A DNA stretch of 64,000 nucleotides, from the NCBI RefSeq assembly GCF_004010195.1, contig NC_057747.1:17496036-17560035 (forward strand), written 5' to 3'. This DNA is from Chiloscyllium plagiosum (Eukaryota). The notes below the pieces were generated by a model. It made no database searches. It was not told the origin of the DNA and was given only the letters and a program-made list of their open reading frames with translations. Below, one piece after another: positions 10,236 to 25,200 of this stretch (the first letter of the stretch is position 1; each line of letters starts with the position of its first letter). Both the position numbers and the translations under genes were made by a program.

Positions 10236-13200
10236 GTACTTCAACTTTTCTACACACTTAGATGTACAAGTGTTCTGTTGCCATGTCCTTTCATATGTGC
10301 CTGTTCTATGCTGTGCTTGGTAACAGACTGAGTCCTATATTAAAGTTAAACCAGGAACAGTTCACAATCAAACCCAAATAACAACATGTAGCTTTTACAG
10401 CATCCTCGGGACGTGAAATAGATAAATCCAGTCGTTTTATTTTCGATGGAGAGAATTAGGTTTAGTGCTATCATGAACAATAATAATGCAAGATGGAGAA
10501 AGCAGAGTGTAGAACTGATTGAACTGTCCTTTCCCTCTGGGAGCTAGAAAAGAAACCAGGCAAATGACATGCAGGAGGTGGCCCATCTCAAACATGCTGA
10601 ACGTTTGCAGAAATAATAAAGCCATAAGGCAAAAGACACGCCGGTACTGTTTACAAAGGCAAGTTGCTGCCCGAGACCAAGTCAGTACGAAGCGTAAACG
10701 AAGCATCAAACTGCTGACATTTTCTCGCCTTCCCGTTTCATTTGATTTTTTTTTTACATTTAGTTGAGGAGCTAAAACGAGGGTTGCATGTCATCTCATT
10801 GCTCCTGAACCTGTCTGTGTTGCAGGTCTTGCCCAAGTTGCCAGTGCCGCCTCTGCAAGAGACCTTGAACATGTACCTGAAGTCTATGAGACACCTGGTC
10901 ACCGAGGAGCAGTACAGAACCACTGAGGGCATTGTGCAGAAGTTCGGTGCCCGTGGCGAGATTGGCGAGTTTTTGCAGCAACAATTGATAAAGCGACGGG
11001 AAAGAGAAGCTAACTGGGTAAATGAAGCCACGGTACCTTCAAAAGATAACGTTGTCCTAGCTTATTACCTTGGAATGAATTTCGCCAAAGTACACACGTC
11101 CTTTGAACTGCTATGAAATGTTCATAGAGTCGTAAGTCCGATAGCCCAAGAGAAAGAGCCATTTAGTCCATCGCGTCCGTGCTCATTAAAAATACCGACC
11201 GTACAATTCTAATCAGATTTTCCAACACTTGGCCCATTGCCTTGGATACGTTGGAATGGAAAGTGCACGTCTAAATACACATTAAATGTTATCTAAATGA
11301 TAGATGGTGAGTTCTAGATTTCCACCACTCTCTGGGTGAAAAACGTCTTCCTCATATCCCCTCTAAACCTCCTGCCCCTTATCCCACCCCCATCCCTCCA
11401 TCAGTGGTTAGCACTGCTGCCTCACAGCGCCAGGTTCGTTTCCAGCCTGGGGCAGCCTGTCTGTGTGGAGTTTGCACATTCTCCCCGTGTGTCTGCCTGC
11501 GTTTCCTGCAGGTGCTCCGGTTTCTTCCCACAGTCCAACCATGTGCAGATTAGGTGGATTGGCCATGGGAAATGCAGGATAAAGGGAGGTGGGGGTGGGG
11601 GGGGGGGGGGCTCTTCGGAGGGTCGGTGTGGACTCCATAGGCCGAATGATGGGGAAACATTCTTCCCATCTACTCGGTCTATGACCCTCATAACTTTAAT
11701 CAATGAGTCATAGAGTCATACAGCACGGTCCTTCAGTCCAACCACCCCATGCCGACCAGAATCCCAATCTAAACCAGTCCCACCTGCCTGCACTTGACCC
11801 ATGTCCCTCCAAACCTTTCTTAATCATGCACTTATCTAAATGTCTTTATAAACATTGTAATCGTATCTGTATTCACCACTTTCTTTGCAAGTTCATTTCA
11901 CACAGACCACTCTCTGTGTTAAAAAAAAACTGCCCCTCATGCCTTTTCAAAATCTTTCACCTCTCACTTTAAAAATATGCCCCCGGTCTTGAAATTCACC
12001 ACCCTAGGGAAAAGACACTTGACATTCACCTAACCTATACCCTTCAATTTATAAACCTATAAATTCACCTCTTAAGCTCCTAACCTTCTGTGAAAAAAGC
12101 CTATCCAGCCTCTCCTTGTAACTCCACCCCTCCATCCTCGGCAACATCCTGGTAAATGTCTTCTGAACTCTGTGCAGCTTAATCAGATCCTCCCTCTAAC
12201 AGGGAGACCTGAACTGGACATTGTGCTGAGTCTCTCTGCTCTAATGGAACAACCCAGCCTGTCCAATCTCTCTTTACAACTAAAACTCTCCAACCCAGTC
12301 CACAACAAATTCTTTATACAAATCTTCCGGCCTCGTTTTACAGATTATGTATGTTTACGAGTTTCGAGAGGCATTTTCGTATGCGTCAATTTCAGAGGCA
12401 ATAGCTTCGATTCCTTCCGAAAAACACATCATTTCCGCATGCTCACCAAGATTTTCACATGCGGTTTCTTGCTAATTAAACCACAGACTCCTGCAATTAG
12501 CTTTGCGTCAGTTTTCCGAACAATCTGATAGATCTTTGACACGAACGGTTTGAACAGTTTGGAGTAATGTGTGCAGTTCTGGTCGCCTCATTTTAGGAAA
12601 GATGTGGAGGCTTTGGAGAGGGTGCAGAGGAGATTTACCAGGATGTTGCCTGGAATGGAGAATAGGTCGTACGAGGATAGGTTGAGAGTGCTAGGCCTTT
12701 TCTCATTGGAACAGCGAAGGATGAGGGGTGACTTGATAGAGGTTTATAAGATGATCAGGGGGTTAGATAGAGTAGACAGTCAGAGACTTTTTCCCCGGGT
12801 ACAACAGAGTGTTACAAGGGGACATAAATTTAAGGTGAAGGGTGGAAGGTATAGGGGGGATGTCAGGGGTGGGTTCTCTACGCAGAGAGTGGTGGGGGCA
12901 TGGAATGCGCTGCCTGTGGGAGTGGTAGAATCAGAATCATTGGTGACCTTTAAGCGGCAACTGGATAGGTACATGGATAGGTGCTTAAGCTAGGACAAAT
13001 GTTCGGCACAACATCGTGGGCCGATGGGCCTCATGTTTATAACAAGAAACCATTTCCTGCTTCAGAAATGTCTTTAACATTGAAGTCGAAACTGAGCAAT
13101 GAATCAGATAACAACAGAGGCAGCGGAGTCATCGTTTCCAGTCCAGTGACTCTTCCGCAGAATAGGACCCGAAACGTTAATTCTGCTTTGTCCCTCCACA

Positions 13201-16200
13201 AGTGCTGGCACACATCCTGAGTTTCTCCAGCAATTTCTGTTTTCAGTTTCAGATCTCCGCAGTTCTTCATTTTATTTTAATGAATCAGACAACCGTGTAT
13301 ATAAAACAAGGACATTTCCAGGATTGAATGTGACATTAGGGTAACCTTTCCATTTCTTCCTGAGGTGTACGAGTGGTGGCTGGATGACATGTATCTACGC
13401 AATCCAGTGCCCCTGACAGTAAACTCCAGCCCTGGGATGGTGTTCCCCCGTCAGATCTTCCGCGATCAAAATGATCAACTCAGGTACGATCCCACCCTTA
13501 CCCGTCCAAAAACGTTGCATCACTCGGTGTCCACAATGTATCTCAGGGCACTGCAAGTTAAAATATCACCTCGGTAACTTTTCAGGGTGGTGTTTTCCAG
13601 AGTTGGCCCCAGTCCATGTGGCACGGATTCGTTGCTGCTGGGTTCTTGTTTTTAACAGAAGCAGTTTCCAACGTCAGCTTTTGGTTTACAGAAATAAAAT
13701 CAGAAAACGTTGGAGAAACTCGGCAGGTCTGTGGAGGGAGAGCAGAGTCAAATTTTCGAGTGCAGTGACTCCAGGACTCACAGTTCTTTGCTTTATTGCA
13801 ATTTTATTTTGTTAAGTACACTCCTTCGGGTATATCGGCTGAGTATTCAGTGCAATGGGAGAAACATCAGCGTAATTTACTACAAGAATGGCGTAGGGCA
13901 GCTGCGAGGTCACATTGTCCCCCTATCGACATTGGGAGGCTTAAGGTTGTAAATAATTGGGACTTGGTCAAACAGTCTTAGTTAGGAGCTGAGCTCTTTA
14001 GTGTTGAGTATGAGGTATGGGCGTTACAACATGATTCTCGTGAATAATAAGTGGAGCTTCAGGCTTCTTCCTTTCTCTTAGTATTAGCTCGTACTTGGCA
14101 AAAATCTCACTATGGTGCTATTATTACCAGTATTTATTTTTATCCTTTACAGGTTCGCTGCCCGCCTGATTGCGGGAATACTGGATTACAAAGTTGTAAT
14201 AGATGCGTAAGTTATAATATAGATATCAACCTCACATGGAATAATATCGGTCATAGCAATAAACGCAGTAACCCCCTGAATACTATGTTCCCTTTGTTTC
14301 TCCACTAAACCTAAGATTATTGCGTGAAAACGCCTCCTGTAAATCACTCGACTTCGATTTTAAAATACTCCTTCGGTAACTTTGGATCTTGAAAAAGAGC
14401 GAGAGGCAGATATGTGCAGTGGATTCCTTTTGCTGATGTTGGGAAGCCTGTAGCCTTTGATCAATGGACCACCGAGTTCAGAAAGACCAGAGAATGCAAC
14501 GATTAGGTGGTTGGAGGTCATTGCAAACTCTAGAGATTGTGTGGAATGATTGAAGGAGTTATGGGGTTAGACAGTATTAGGGCATTGCAGTGAGCCAAGT
14601 CAGGCATGTCAAGGATTTTGTCTTCATGGCAATGTAAGGATTTAGAATCTAAAGGGGAACTTGTGATAATATCTCACCCATCATGTGGAGATCCACTCTT
14701 AAAGATAGTGGAATCAAGGGTTATGGGGATAAGGCAGGAACAGGATATTGATTGTGGATGATCAGCCATGATCATAATGAATGGCGTGCTGGCTCGAAGG
14801 GCCGAATGGCCTACTCCTGCATCTATTGTCTGCTGTCTATCATCCACTTTGGTCCATTTAGCTTTCCACAAACAACAGCAGTGGGGACAGCACAGATCTC
14901 TGCAAGTCAACTAAAGTCCTTATGTATAGAATACTTGTCATTACATCTTGTCATTGTCATTCCCATTACAATGAATGCTGAACTATGTACATGTACTATT
15001 GACACATAAGAGAAACTCTATCAGCAAACCCCTTCAATGCACCTTCATTGGGATTCAATATGAGAGTCACACTAACGTCCTTCTGGAAAGCAGTTCTGCA
15101 GCATTCAGGCAAAACTCCAGGAAAATCTGCAGTGATGCACTGTACTCTGGACAGGTGAAAACAACTTCCATGCCAGACTAACTCAACACTCATATGGCTG
15201 ATGTTCTAGAGGAGGACAAATAAAACAATTCAAATACACTCAGAATTTCTCCTTGAAATTAATGACTGAGTCTAAATTGTCACCAATCATTCAAAATCGT
15301 GACAGCTAGTCTATCAATCTACATCATGCTCTGAGTCACAACATCTTAATGATGAGGCTGCATGCCCAGAAAAGGAAAGAGAAAGGAAGTAAACTATGTG
15401 TTCTAGATCCTGCTACTTCATGGCACATTCTGCCTCACATTACCAAATAACTGTGGACTGAGAATCAGTCTGTTCAATCAACCTGAGCAGATGTCAGCCT
15501 TGAAGTGAAGGATATCTGTTGATAATAATGAATCATCTGCCCTTCTGCATTGCTCGAAACTACTGTTTATGGTTTCAGGTATGGACTTTGATGGTCGGTA
15601 TCTATCTATAGTTTCCACATTGCATTTATATATTTTCTGGTGGTTGTTGACAGCTAACCATATTCATTGTATTTTAGATTTTTAAAAATGCAGGCTCCTA
15701 ACAAAATTAATATTACATCTAGATTTTCAGACCTCTAACCAAGTTGAGCAGAGTAAAAATCTGGATCTTTGCTTTTAGCAGCTGTTACAATCAGAGAGAA
15801 ACTATGGTTTTATAAAAATTATTTCATGGGATGTGAAAACTGCTGCCAAGACCAGTATTTGTTGCCCATTTTTAATTGACGTTGTGAAAGTGATACTGGG
15901 CAGTTTTCTTGAATAACTATAGTCATGTGATGTAGGCATACTCATGGTGCTGTTAGGGAAAGCCTGAATGTTGTGCGTGTCTTGTTAGATATGTGTATGA
16001 CTGAGGATTTGCAAATGGTATTGAACATTTGAGGAGTTGTGAATGTTACTGAACATTGTGCGATCTATAGTGTACATCCGCATTTCTGAAAGTATATCGA
16101 GAAAGTCATTGATAAAGCGGATGAAGATGACCTAGGACACTCTGTTGAGCAAGATAGAAACTTAGAAGGTGGGAGCAGAATAGGCCACTAGACACCCTCA

Positions 16201-19200
16201 AGACAGCTCAACCATACTTTGTGATTGTGGTTGATCATTGAGCTCATCAATCATGCCCTCTCCCTCTATCCTTTGATGCCTTTTGGCGTAAGAACTATAC
16301 TAACTTCTTGAAAACAGCTGCAGTGATGTCTGGGTCTAAGATGACAGACCTCCAACAAGGACAACCATCGTCATTGTGCTTGATATTGCTCCAGTCAGGA
16401 GGAAGGCTTTCCCTCATTACCATTTACTTCAGTTTTGCTGTTGCTTCTTGATGCTATATTTGGTCAAATTTTGCCTTGATGTCAACTTCTCACCTCACTT
16501 CTTGAATTCAACATTGTCAATTATGTTTGAAACAAGGTTATAATGAGGCCCAGAGCCACATAACTGTGGTAGAACTCAAACTATATAAGAGTGAGCAGAT
16601 CATTACTGAGTCAGTGCCACTTGATAGCCCTGTTGATAAAGTTCCCATCACTATGCTAATGATTGAGAGTACACTGATACGTTAGTCCTTTTTTATGTGT
16701 ACAGGATATACTTGGGCAACTTTCCACATTGTCAGGTAAATAGCAGCAGTGTAGCTCTAATGGAATAATATGACTATAGACATGGTTACAACTGGAATAA
16801 TATTGCTGAACTATTGCCAGGCTACACAGCCTTTGCTGCATACAGTGCTTTCAGCCATTTCTTGATATCATGTGGAGTGAACTGATTTGGCTGAAAACTC
16901 AAATTGTATGATGCTGGGTATCACAGGAGTATCTGGAAACATTTCCCTTTGCATCTGTTTTTCAGCCGTGCTTTACCTGTTGATTATGCCCGCGGTCAAT
17001 TGGCTGGACAACCCTTGTGTATGGAGCAGTACTACAAGCTGTTCTCATCCTATCGTCTCCCAGGTCACCAAAAAGATACACTGGCAGTCCAGAAAAGCAG
17101 CGTCATGCCTGAACCAGAGCATGTTATAGTGGCTTGTCAGAACCAGGTGAGAAGGCTTATCCCAATTTCTACATGTGACAGAACACAAATAAATTGCAGA
17201 AGAATTGGAAATTTATGCCAGAGTGGCTGAAATTGGAGTGAACATTAGTAAGTCGATGTCGGAATGAGATCAAATGAGATCATAACTTCAGACAGCTCAC
17301 CTGATCATTATCTTTTTAAGTTATCAAACAAGATATAAATAATGGACTTTATTCGCATCAAGTAACCAAAAACACAAATTAAATAGGTCTTCAAAAACAT
17401 AACCCATATCTTTTAATACTTTACACAATCTCTGAACATTAACGTCAGTTCCATTTGTTTCCAGTTCTTTGTTTTGGATGTTGTCATAAACTTCAGACGT
17501 TTGAACGAAACTGACTTATTCACTCAGTTGAGAAAGATTGTGAAAATGGCGGAGAACCAAGAGGAACAAACAGCTCCAATTGGGCTGCTCACATCAGACA
17601 GTAGGACCGAATGGGCAGAGGCGAGGAGAGTGGTCATGAGAGGTGAGATACAATCCAGCAAAGCATGCAAAGTATTCCCATTATTCAGTAACATGAAACC
17701 AGGTAGTCAAATGCTTTGGGCCAAAGGTTATTTGTTTTGAATGCAAATGATATGGGATTCTATCTGTTCCCTGTACCACGAAAATACAAATGGGACAATG
17801 TTTTCCATTAATTTGAGAATGCCAATGTTTTCCATTAATTTCAGTTTCACCAGATGCAAACTGTCCAAATAGAAATTCAATTACAGTTGGATGTTCTAAT
17901 TTTCTCTCACTTTAATTTAATTTTATGATGGGAAATTTAATGCCGATTTAACTAAAATGACGGCTGTCCAATCAAAGTCACAAATTGATGTATTACATAA
18001 ATCTAGCAAGCAAATTATATGGATGGTAGTCATAGGTACCAGTGAACTCCCACATCAGTTTCATTTCAGACCACAAATTCATATTAGTGTGTCTTAAAAT
18101 AATTTGTCTGTAAGAAGCACTTTCCAGTCTTGCATTTCATTGTATCATGGACATTATGTAGACCTGCCAGCTCATTACCATTACAGGAAATTAGAATGCA
18201 TATCTCATTGACATTAGAGAAGCTTTTCTTATATTTACACAAATTCTATCTTTTTTTTAAGGATAGAAGCCCGAGTTTAATTTCATCTGCATCTAGAACT
18301 ATAACGCCTTCAAATCTATGGAAAGCTTTGCAATGGATTCATTGCTACCATTACTTTACTTCAAGAATATATTTTAATTTTCCAAACATTAACAGTGCTT
18401 TGTCGGCATTCCTGATGTTATTTTGAAGAGAAATACATCTCTAAGGACAGAATATATACATTGCCCTTGGAATAAACATTTTGTAGCACTTTGTCCAACA
18501 GGTAGATTCTATCTTCCCATGGCGAAAGATCTAATCACTGTTAATACATCCAACAGAAGGATTGCTCACAGTCCCTTGATAGAGGCTGATTTTTTTTGAC
18601 ATTGACTACTTCCCAAAATCAGATTCAAAGTTGTTTTGTATTGTAGATATTATAGATCCATGTTAGTGAGTTTTGAACAGATGTGAAGCTTAGGTTGAGG
18701 TTCTGGATGCAGGCTTGCTCACTGAGCTGGAAGGTTCGTTTCCAGACGTTCCATCACCATACTAGGTAAAATCTTCAGTGAGCCTCCGGATGAAACACTG
18801 GTTGTGTAGCCCCCTTCCTATTTATATGTTTGGGTTTCTTTCAGTTGGGATGTCATTTCCTATGGTTATGTCATTTCCTGTTCCTTTTCTCAGGGGGTGG
18901 TAAATGTGATCCAACTGAATGTATTTGTTAATACAGTTTCGGTTGGAATGCCATGCTTCTAGGAACTCTTATGTGTGTCTCTGTTTGGTTTGTCCTAGGA
19001 TGGATGTGTTGTCCTAGTTGAAGTGGTGTCCTTCCTCATCCATATGTAAGGCTACTCGTGACAGTGTCTTTTTGTGGCTAATTGTTGTTCACGTATCTTG
19101 GTGGCTAGTTTTCTGCCTGTTTGTCCAATGTAGTGTTTGTTACAGTTCTTGCAAGGTATTTTATAAATGACATTACTTTTGCTTGTTGTCTATATTGGGT

Positions 19201-22200
19201 TTTTCAAGTTCATTAGCTGTTGTTTTAGTGTGTTGGTGGGTTTGTGGGCTACTATGGTGCCAAGAGGTCTGAGTAGACTAGATTACTTACAGTGTGGAAA
19301 CAGGCACTTCGGCCCAACAAGTCCACACCGACCTGCTGAAGCGCACCCACCCAGACCCATTTCCCTATGTTTACCCCTGCACCTAACACTATGGGCAATT
19401 TAGCATGGCCAATTCACCTGACCTGCACATTTTTGGACTGTGGGAGGAAACAGGAGCACCTGGAGGAAACCCATGCAGACACGGGGAGAATGTGCAAACT
19501 CCACACAGTCAGTCGCCTGAGGCGGGAATTGAACCTGGATCTCTGGCGCTGTGAGGCAGCAGTGTTAACCACTGTGCCGCCCACAAACAGAGTAGTCTGG
19601 CGGTAATTTCTTCAATATAGGGGAGAGTGGCTAGGGTTTCTGGATGCGTTTTGTCTGCTTATTTGGGATCGTTGCTGAGAAATCCATTCTTTTTTAATAC
19701 ACTGTTTCGATGATTTTCCTCTGCTCTTTGTAGTTCCTCTGTGCTTTAGTGTGTGGTGGCCCATTGAAATAATATTCTAATGCAGCTTTGTTTGTGGATG
19801 TTTGGATGATTGCTTCTGTAGTTCAATATTTGGTCTGTATGTGTGGTTTTCCTGTAGATGCTGGTTTGAAGTTTCCCATTGGCTGTTTGCTCTACTGTGA
19901 CATCTAGGAATGGCAGGTTGTTGTTTGTTGTGTATACAGACAACAAGCAAAACTAATGTCATTTACAAAGTACCTTGAAAGAACTGTAACAACCACTAAA
20001 TTGGACAAACAGGCAGAAAACTAGCCATCAAGATACATGAACATCAACTAGCCACAAAAAGGCATGACCCGCTCACACTAGTTTCCTTACATACGGATGA
20101 GGAAGGACACCACTTCAACTGGGACAGCACATCCATCCCAGGACAAGTCAAACAGAGACACGCATGAAAAGTCCTAAAAGCGTGGCAATCCAACCGGAAG
20201 TCTATCAACAAACACATTGACTTGGATCCCATTTACCACACTCTGAGAAAAAGAACAGGAAATGACACCACAATAGGAAATGATGTCACCACAAGAAATG
20301 ACATCACCAACCCAAGGAAAGCCAAACATATAAAGAGAAAGCAGGCTATGCCACCAGTGCTTCATCCGGAGGCTCACTGAAGATGTTACCTAGTATGGTG
20401 ATGAAACATCTGGAACAAACCTTCCAGCTCAGCGAGCAAACCTACATCTAGATCCATGTTAAAGGCCATGTACAATGTATTAGTTGAATTAGAGAATGGT
20501 CTTAGAATGAACTTTGGTATTGCAAATGCACCAAACACATTTCTTTCCATGAGTTATTTCAGTGTCCTTTGATCATTGGACTCTACCAGACATAACCTTA
20601 TACAGGGAGAAAGTGAGGACTGCAGATGCTGGAGATCAGAGCTGAAAATGTGTTGCTGGAAAAGCGCAGCAGGTCAGGCAGCATCCAAGGAACAGGAGAA
20701 TCGACATTTCGGGCATAAGGCTTATGCCCGAAACGTCGATTCTCCATAACCTTATACTGTTCACTTCTTAAGTATAGGTCTGTGAATCAATTGATCCGAA
20801 TTAATTTACAATTAAATGATGAGGCAAGTAAGTTGCTTGACAGAGTATGCTATAGATAACTAAATACCATGAAATCAAAACAAGAAAAATAATAAAATAC
20901 AAGCACCAAATATTTGGAAAATATCGTGGAATCCAATTGAATAAAATGAGAATATAATTCATACAGTCATCTTAAACGCGATTGCCTTTAAAGATCTGGT
21001 TAAACTAATGGGATATACTGGATTACTCATACCCTCAGACATTACTCAGTACATCTTGATGCACCATCAAAGATTGCTCATGCACAATTGACTTTTTTAT
21101 TGTGGGCTTTGCTGCCAATTCCAAAATCACTTGAGAAGGTGGTGGTGAGCAGCCTTCCTGAATGCTGCAGTCCATTTGGTTTACATAGATCTGCAATGTT
21201 GTTAAGGAGGGAGTTTGACCCAGTGACACATGAGGAACAGCAATATATTTCCAAGTCAGGTAGGTATGTGGCTTAGAGGGAAATTTGCAGGTGGTGGCGT
21301 TCTCACGTATTTGCTGCCATTGTCCTTTAGATGGCAGCGGTCATGATTTGAAAGGTGCTTTGGTGAAATTGTTATTACCACCATGCAAAATGAAGTCACC
21401 GATCAATATTTATAATGTTTAACACTGCATAACATAAAAAAGTCACATTACTACTAACTAATGATGGTGATAATAACTGGGACAGTTAAATCTAACTTTC
21501 TGCAAGCAATAGATTTGATCCAGCTGTAAAATTCCGTGAATTTGTAATAGAAGGTGAGTTAGAAAAAGTGGAAAATATATTTGACTAAAATCAATACTTT
21601 TTGAACAAATTGTGCCTGAAACATACAATGTGGAAGACAATTCCCCTTATTTATTGTGTACAATTGTAATTGTTTCTTTTGGACTTGTTTTGCTACTCCA
21701 GTCCATATGCAAATATGAAAGCTTCCTATTAGATTTACAGTGCTTCTGACCTACTGATTACAAAAGTCAATATTGAGTACAAGTACATTGGCTTCTTTCA
21801 GAGGTACAACAAGTAACTATCTTTGCACACATTGATAAAGACGTTTTCATGTTTCAATGATGTAAGTGACACATAAAAGTGAACGTGTACTTTATAAAAT
21901 CCAGAAGAACTGCGTATGCTGTAAATCAGAAACAAAAACAGAAGTTTGCCAAAAAGCTCAGCAGGTCTTGTAGCATCTATGCAGAGAAATCAAGGTCAAT
22001 GTTTTGGGGCGGGTGACCCTTTCTGCAGAAGGGTCACAGGACCCGAAACTTCAACTTTGATTTTTCTTCATACATGCTGCCAGACCTGCTGAGCTTTTCC
22101 AGCAACTTGTGTTACTATTTCTGAATGTGTATTTTGGTCAGTTCATGCTTTCCCTTATAGCATTGAGTACTTCACATTATGCTCTAGAAAGAGCACAAAC

Positions 22201-25200
22201 CTCTAGAAGTATCAAACAAAATCAATAGTTACAGATAATAAATGTGGTAAGTTGTTCAGTGAAAGCTTGTGGCATTGAATGTATTTTACTCATTATCTCA
22301 AACAAAATAATACCGAATTAAAAAAAGCAACATGTTTCTCATGGTTGTGGCAATCACTTATAACTTATAAGAAATGTAGCTCAAGCTGAATTCAGTACAT
22401 ATGCTATTTACATTTCATATCTTATGAATTCCGATAGACCTTTTGGGACAGGGTAAATATGAGTTGCTATTAAGAGATAGAAATTTGTTTATGCAGATAT
22501 TCCGGTTTTTGTCTGCACAATGCCCTACAGTCAGCTGTAAGGGCTAATACTCTATATATTCAATCGACACTGTATGCTTTAGAAGTTCAACACAAAACCA
22601 AACGAGTTGTGCATCATTGTCCAAACTTGTAATGGAGCTCAATGATGAATATATCTTTGGGTTTGGTTACAATGTCATTGTTGCATTGTTGCGCTGTATT
22701 TTCCATTTTGTAGTAACTCAAGTATGACAATAAAGTCTGGAGCCCATCCCAATTCAGACCTCGGAATGTTGCAGTGGAAGTAGGGGAATGTGTATCACGT
22801 GCAAGTTACCCTCCAAGCCATAGGCCATCCTGAACTATATCAATATTCCTTTACTACCATGGGTCAAAATCCAAGAACACCCTTCCTTAAAGCACTGTGG
22901 GTATGCCTGCACCCTAAGGGCAGGAGGTCAAGTAATAGTAGTTCAAGAAGGTAGCTCACCTTCTCCAGGGCAATTAGGGGTGCAATAAATGCTGCATAGC
23001 TCATGATGATCACATTTCACACAAATTTTTAAAAAATGAAGTGCATTGCATGGAGTATTCTATGGAGTATAACTCTAGTGCAGTGTCGAATTGAATTTTA
23101 AAAATGTTTAGAAGATTCATTAAACCTTTTATTTGCTTTATAAACTGGAACTTCTTTAAACCTTTGAGAGCACAGGTATTTTGCCCATGTATTTTAGATC
23201 AGCAGTACAGGGATAATGACAACTTACTTTCATTAAATCCAAATCAGAAATGTATCTATAATAAAGCTAATGCCTCAACTTTTCAGTTATTGTCTGGATC
23301 TGGACATCAGTATTCTGTAAGCACTGATTTGAAATCAACACCTGTTAAACACAATGTAAAACCTATCTGTGCTACTAGAGTGCACCACTCTCTCTGAAAG
23401 AAGTTATCGTGTTCCATATGCCAATTAGATAATACAAACAAGAACTCAGTGTGATTGGCCGAATGGCTCTGGTGACATTAAAATGATTCAAACCATCTCA
23501 CATATCATACACTTTGTATTTTATTAGATGCAATCACAGTGCAGTTGTTCTGAAATGAGGCAATATCTGATGAAGAACTACTTTCCAAGAAGCCTTAATA
23601 CCAACAATTACAGTTAATATACTAGTCTCACACAAATTACACGAAATAGTTTGGCAAATTCACTTTTGAATTAACAGAATTTGTGCAATACAAGTGGTCT
23701 AAACATTGAGGAAAGTTATATAGTTATTAGATCTGTGTCACCTGATAAATGGCAGCTGTAATAAGAATATTTTCGCAAGTATTATTTAACAGTATATACA
23801 ACTGGTGCCCAACAGCCATTTTGTCCTAACTGTGGCACCCTAATTACAATGGGTATCTAAAATCTGTTTGCTTGAGTTCTGAATTTTCTCTTTGCAGACT
23901 CTACTAACCGAGACTCTCTGGATGCGATCGAACGCTGCATATTTCTGCTGTGCTTAGATTCCCCAAGTGGTGTTGAGCAGACAGATATAAACCTGGCACT
24001 ACAGATAATGCATGGAGGTGACTGTCACAAAAATAGAGCAAATCGCTGGTATGACAAAACCATGCAGGTAATGGATGCAGGGCTCTCATGTAAAACATTA
24101 AATGATCTCTTAAGGAAGTTTCTTTAGGGGATTGTTTCTTTCCTATTGACAAAGATCAAATCATTGTATATGTTTCAAAATCGTAGAAAATTCTATTCAT
24201 GATAATAATGGATGAATGCTTTCTTAGTTTCTTGTTTATTATGAGATATTAACCTATTTATTTAAGTGGTATTCATACCAGTGCTGACATCTAAATTCAC
24301 AAAGATCAGTGGGCTTAACAAAAGTGAAATACTCAATGGAACAGTTGACTATTCACGAAGTCAGATAGATATGGCTACATTGTCAATCTCCTACAAGATT
24401 TGGCTGAGGTGAGAGATGCTCATGTTTAAGCCAGATCTCTTTCAGGAATCACTGGAGTCAGGGAGGGTCTCAGGGGACTGGAAAATTGCTAATGTAACCC
24501 CCTTGTTTAAGAAAGGAGTGAGGCAAAAGATGGGAAATTACAGGCCGATTAGCCTAACCTCGGTCATTGGTTAGATTTTGGAGTTCATTCAGGAGGAGGA
24601 AATTCCTGAATACTTGGAGGTACATAGTAAAATAGGGCAAAGTCAGCATTGTTTCATCAAGGAGAGGTCATACCTGACAAATCTGTTGGAATTCTTTGAG
24701 GAGGTAACAAGCAGGTTATATCAAAGAGAGCCATTAGGTATTAATTATTTGGATTTTCAGAAGGCTTTGACAAGGTGCCACACAGGAGGCTACTGAGTAA
24801 GATAAGGGCCTATAGTATTAGAGGCAAGGTGCTAGCATGGATAGGAGCATAGCTGTCTGGCAGAAAGCAGAGAATGGGGATAAAAGGGTCCTTTTCAGGA
24901 TGGCAACCGGTGACTAGTGGGGTTCCACAAGGCTCAGTGTTGGGAAACGCAACTTTTCACTTTATACACTAATGATCTAGATGAAGGAACTGAGGGCATT
25001 CTGGCTAAGTTTGCAGATGATACAAAGATAGGTAGAGGCACTAGTAGTACTGAGGAAGGATTTGACAGGTTAGGAGAGCGGGCAAAGAAGTGGAGATGGA
25101 ATACAACGTGGGAAAGTGAGGTTGTGCACTTTGGTAAGAAGAATAGATACATGGACTATTTTCTAAATGAGGAGAAAATTCAGAAATCTGAAGTGCAAAG

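Noticed and set aside
11400-11450. tRNA-like sequence
   Set aside because: SINE head; no complete cloverleaf and it continues into the SINE body.
14874-14894. RE1-like aacagcagtggggacagcaca
   Set aside because: The conserved CC of CAGCACC is mismatched and it is far from the promoters.
17796-17841. 19-bp direct repeat caatgttttccattaattt (two copies)
   Set aside because: Ordinary slippage-type micro-duplication with no other signal.
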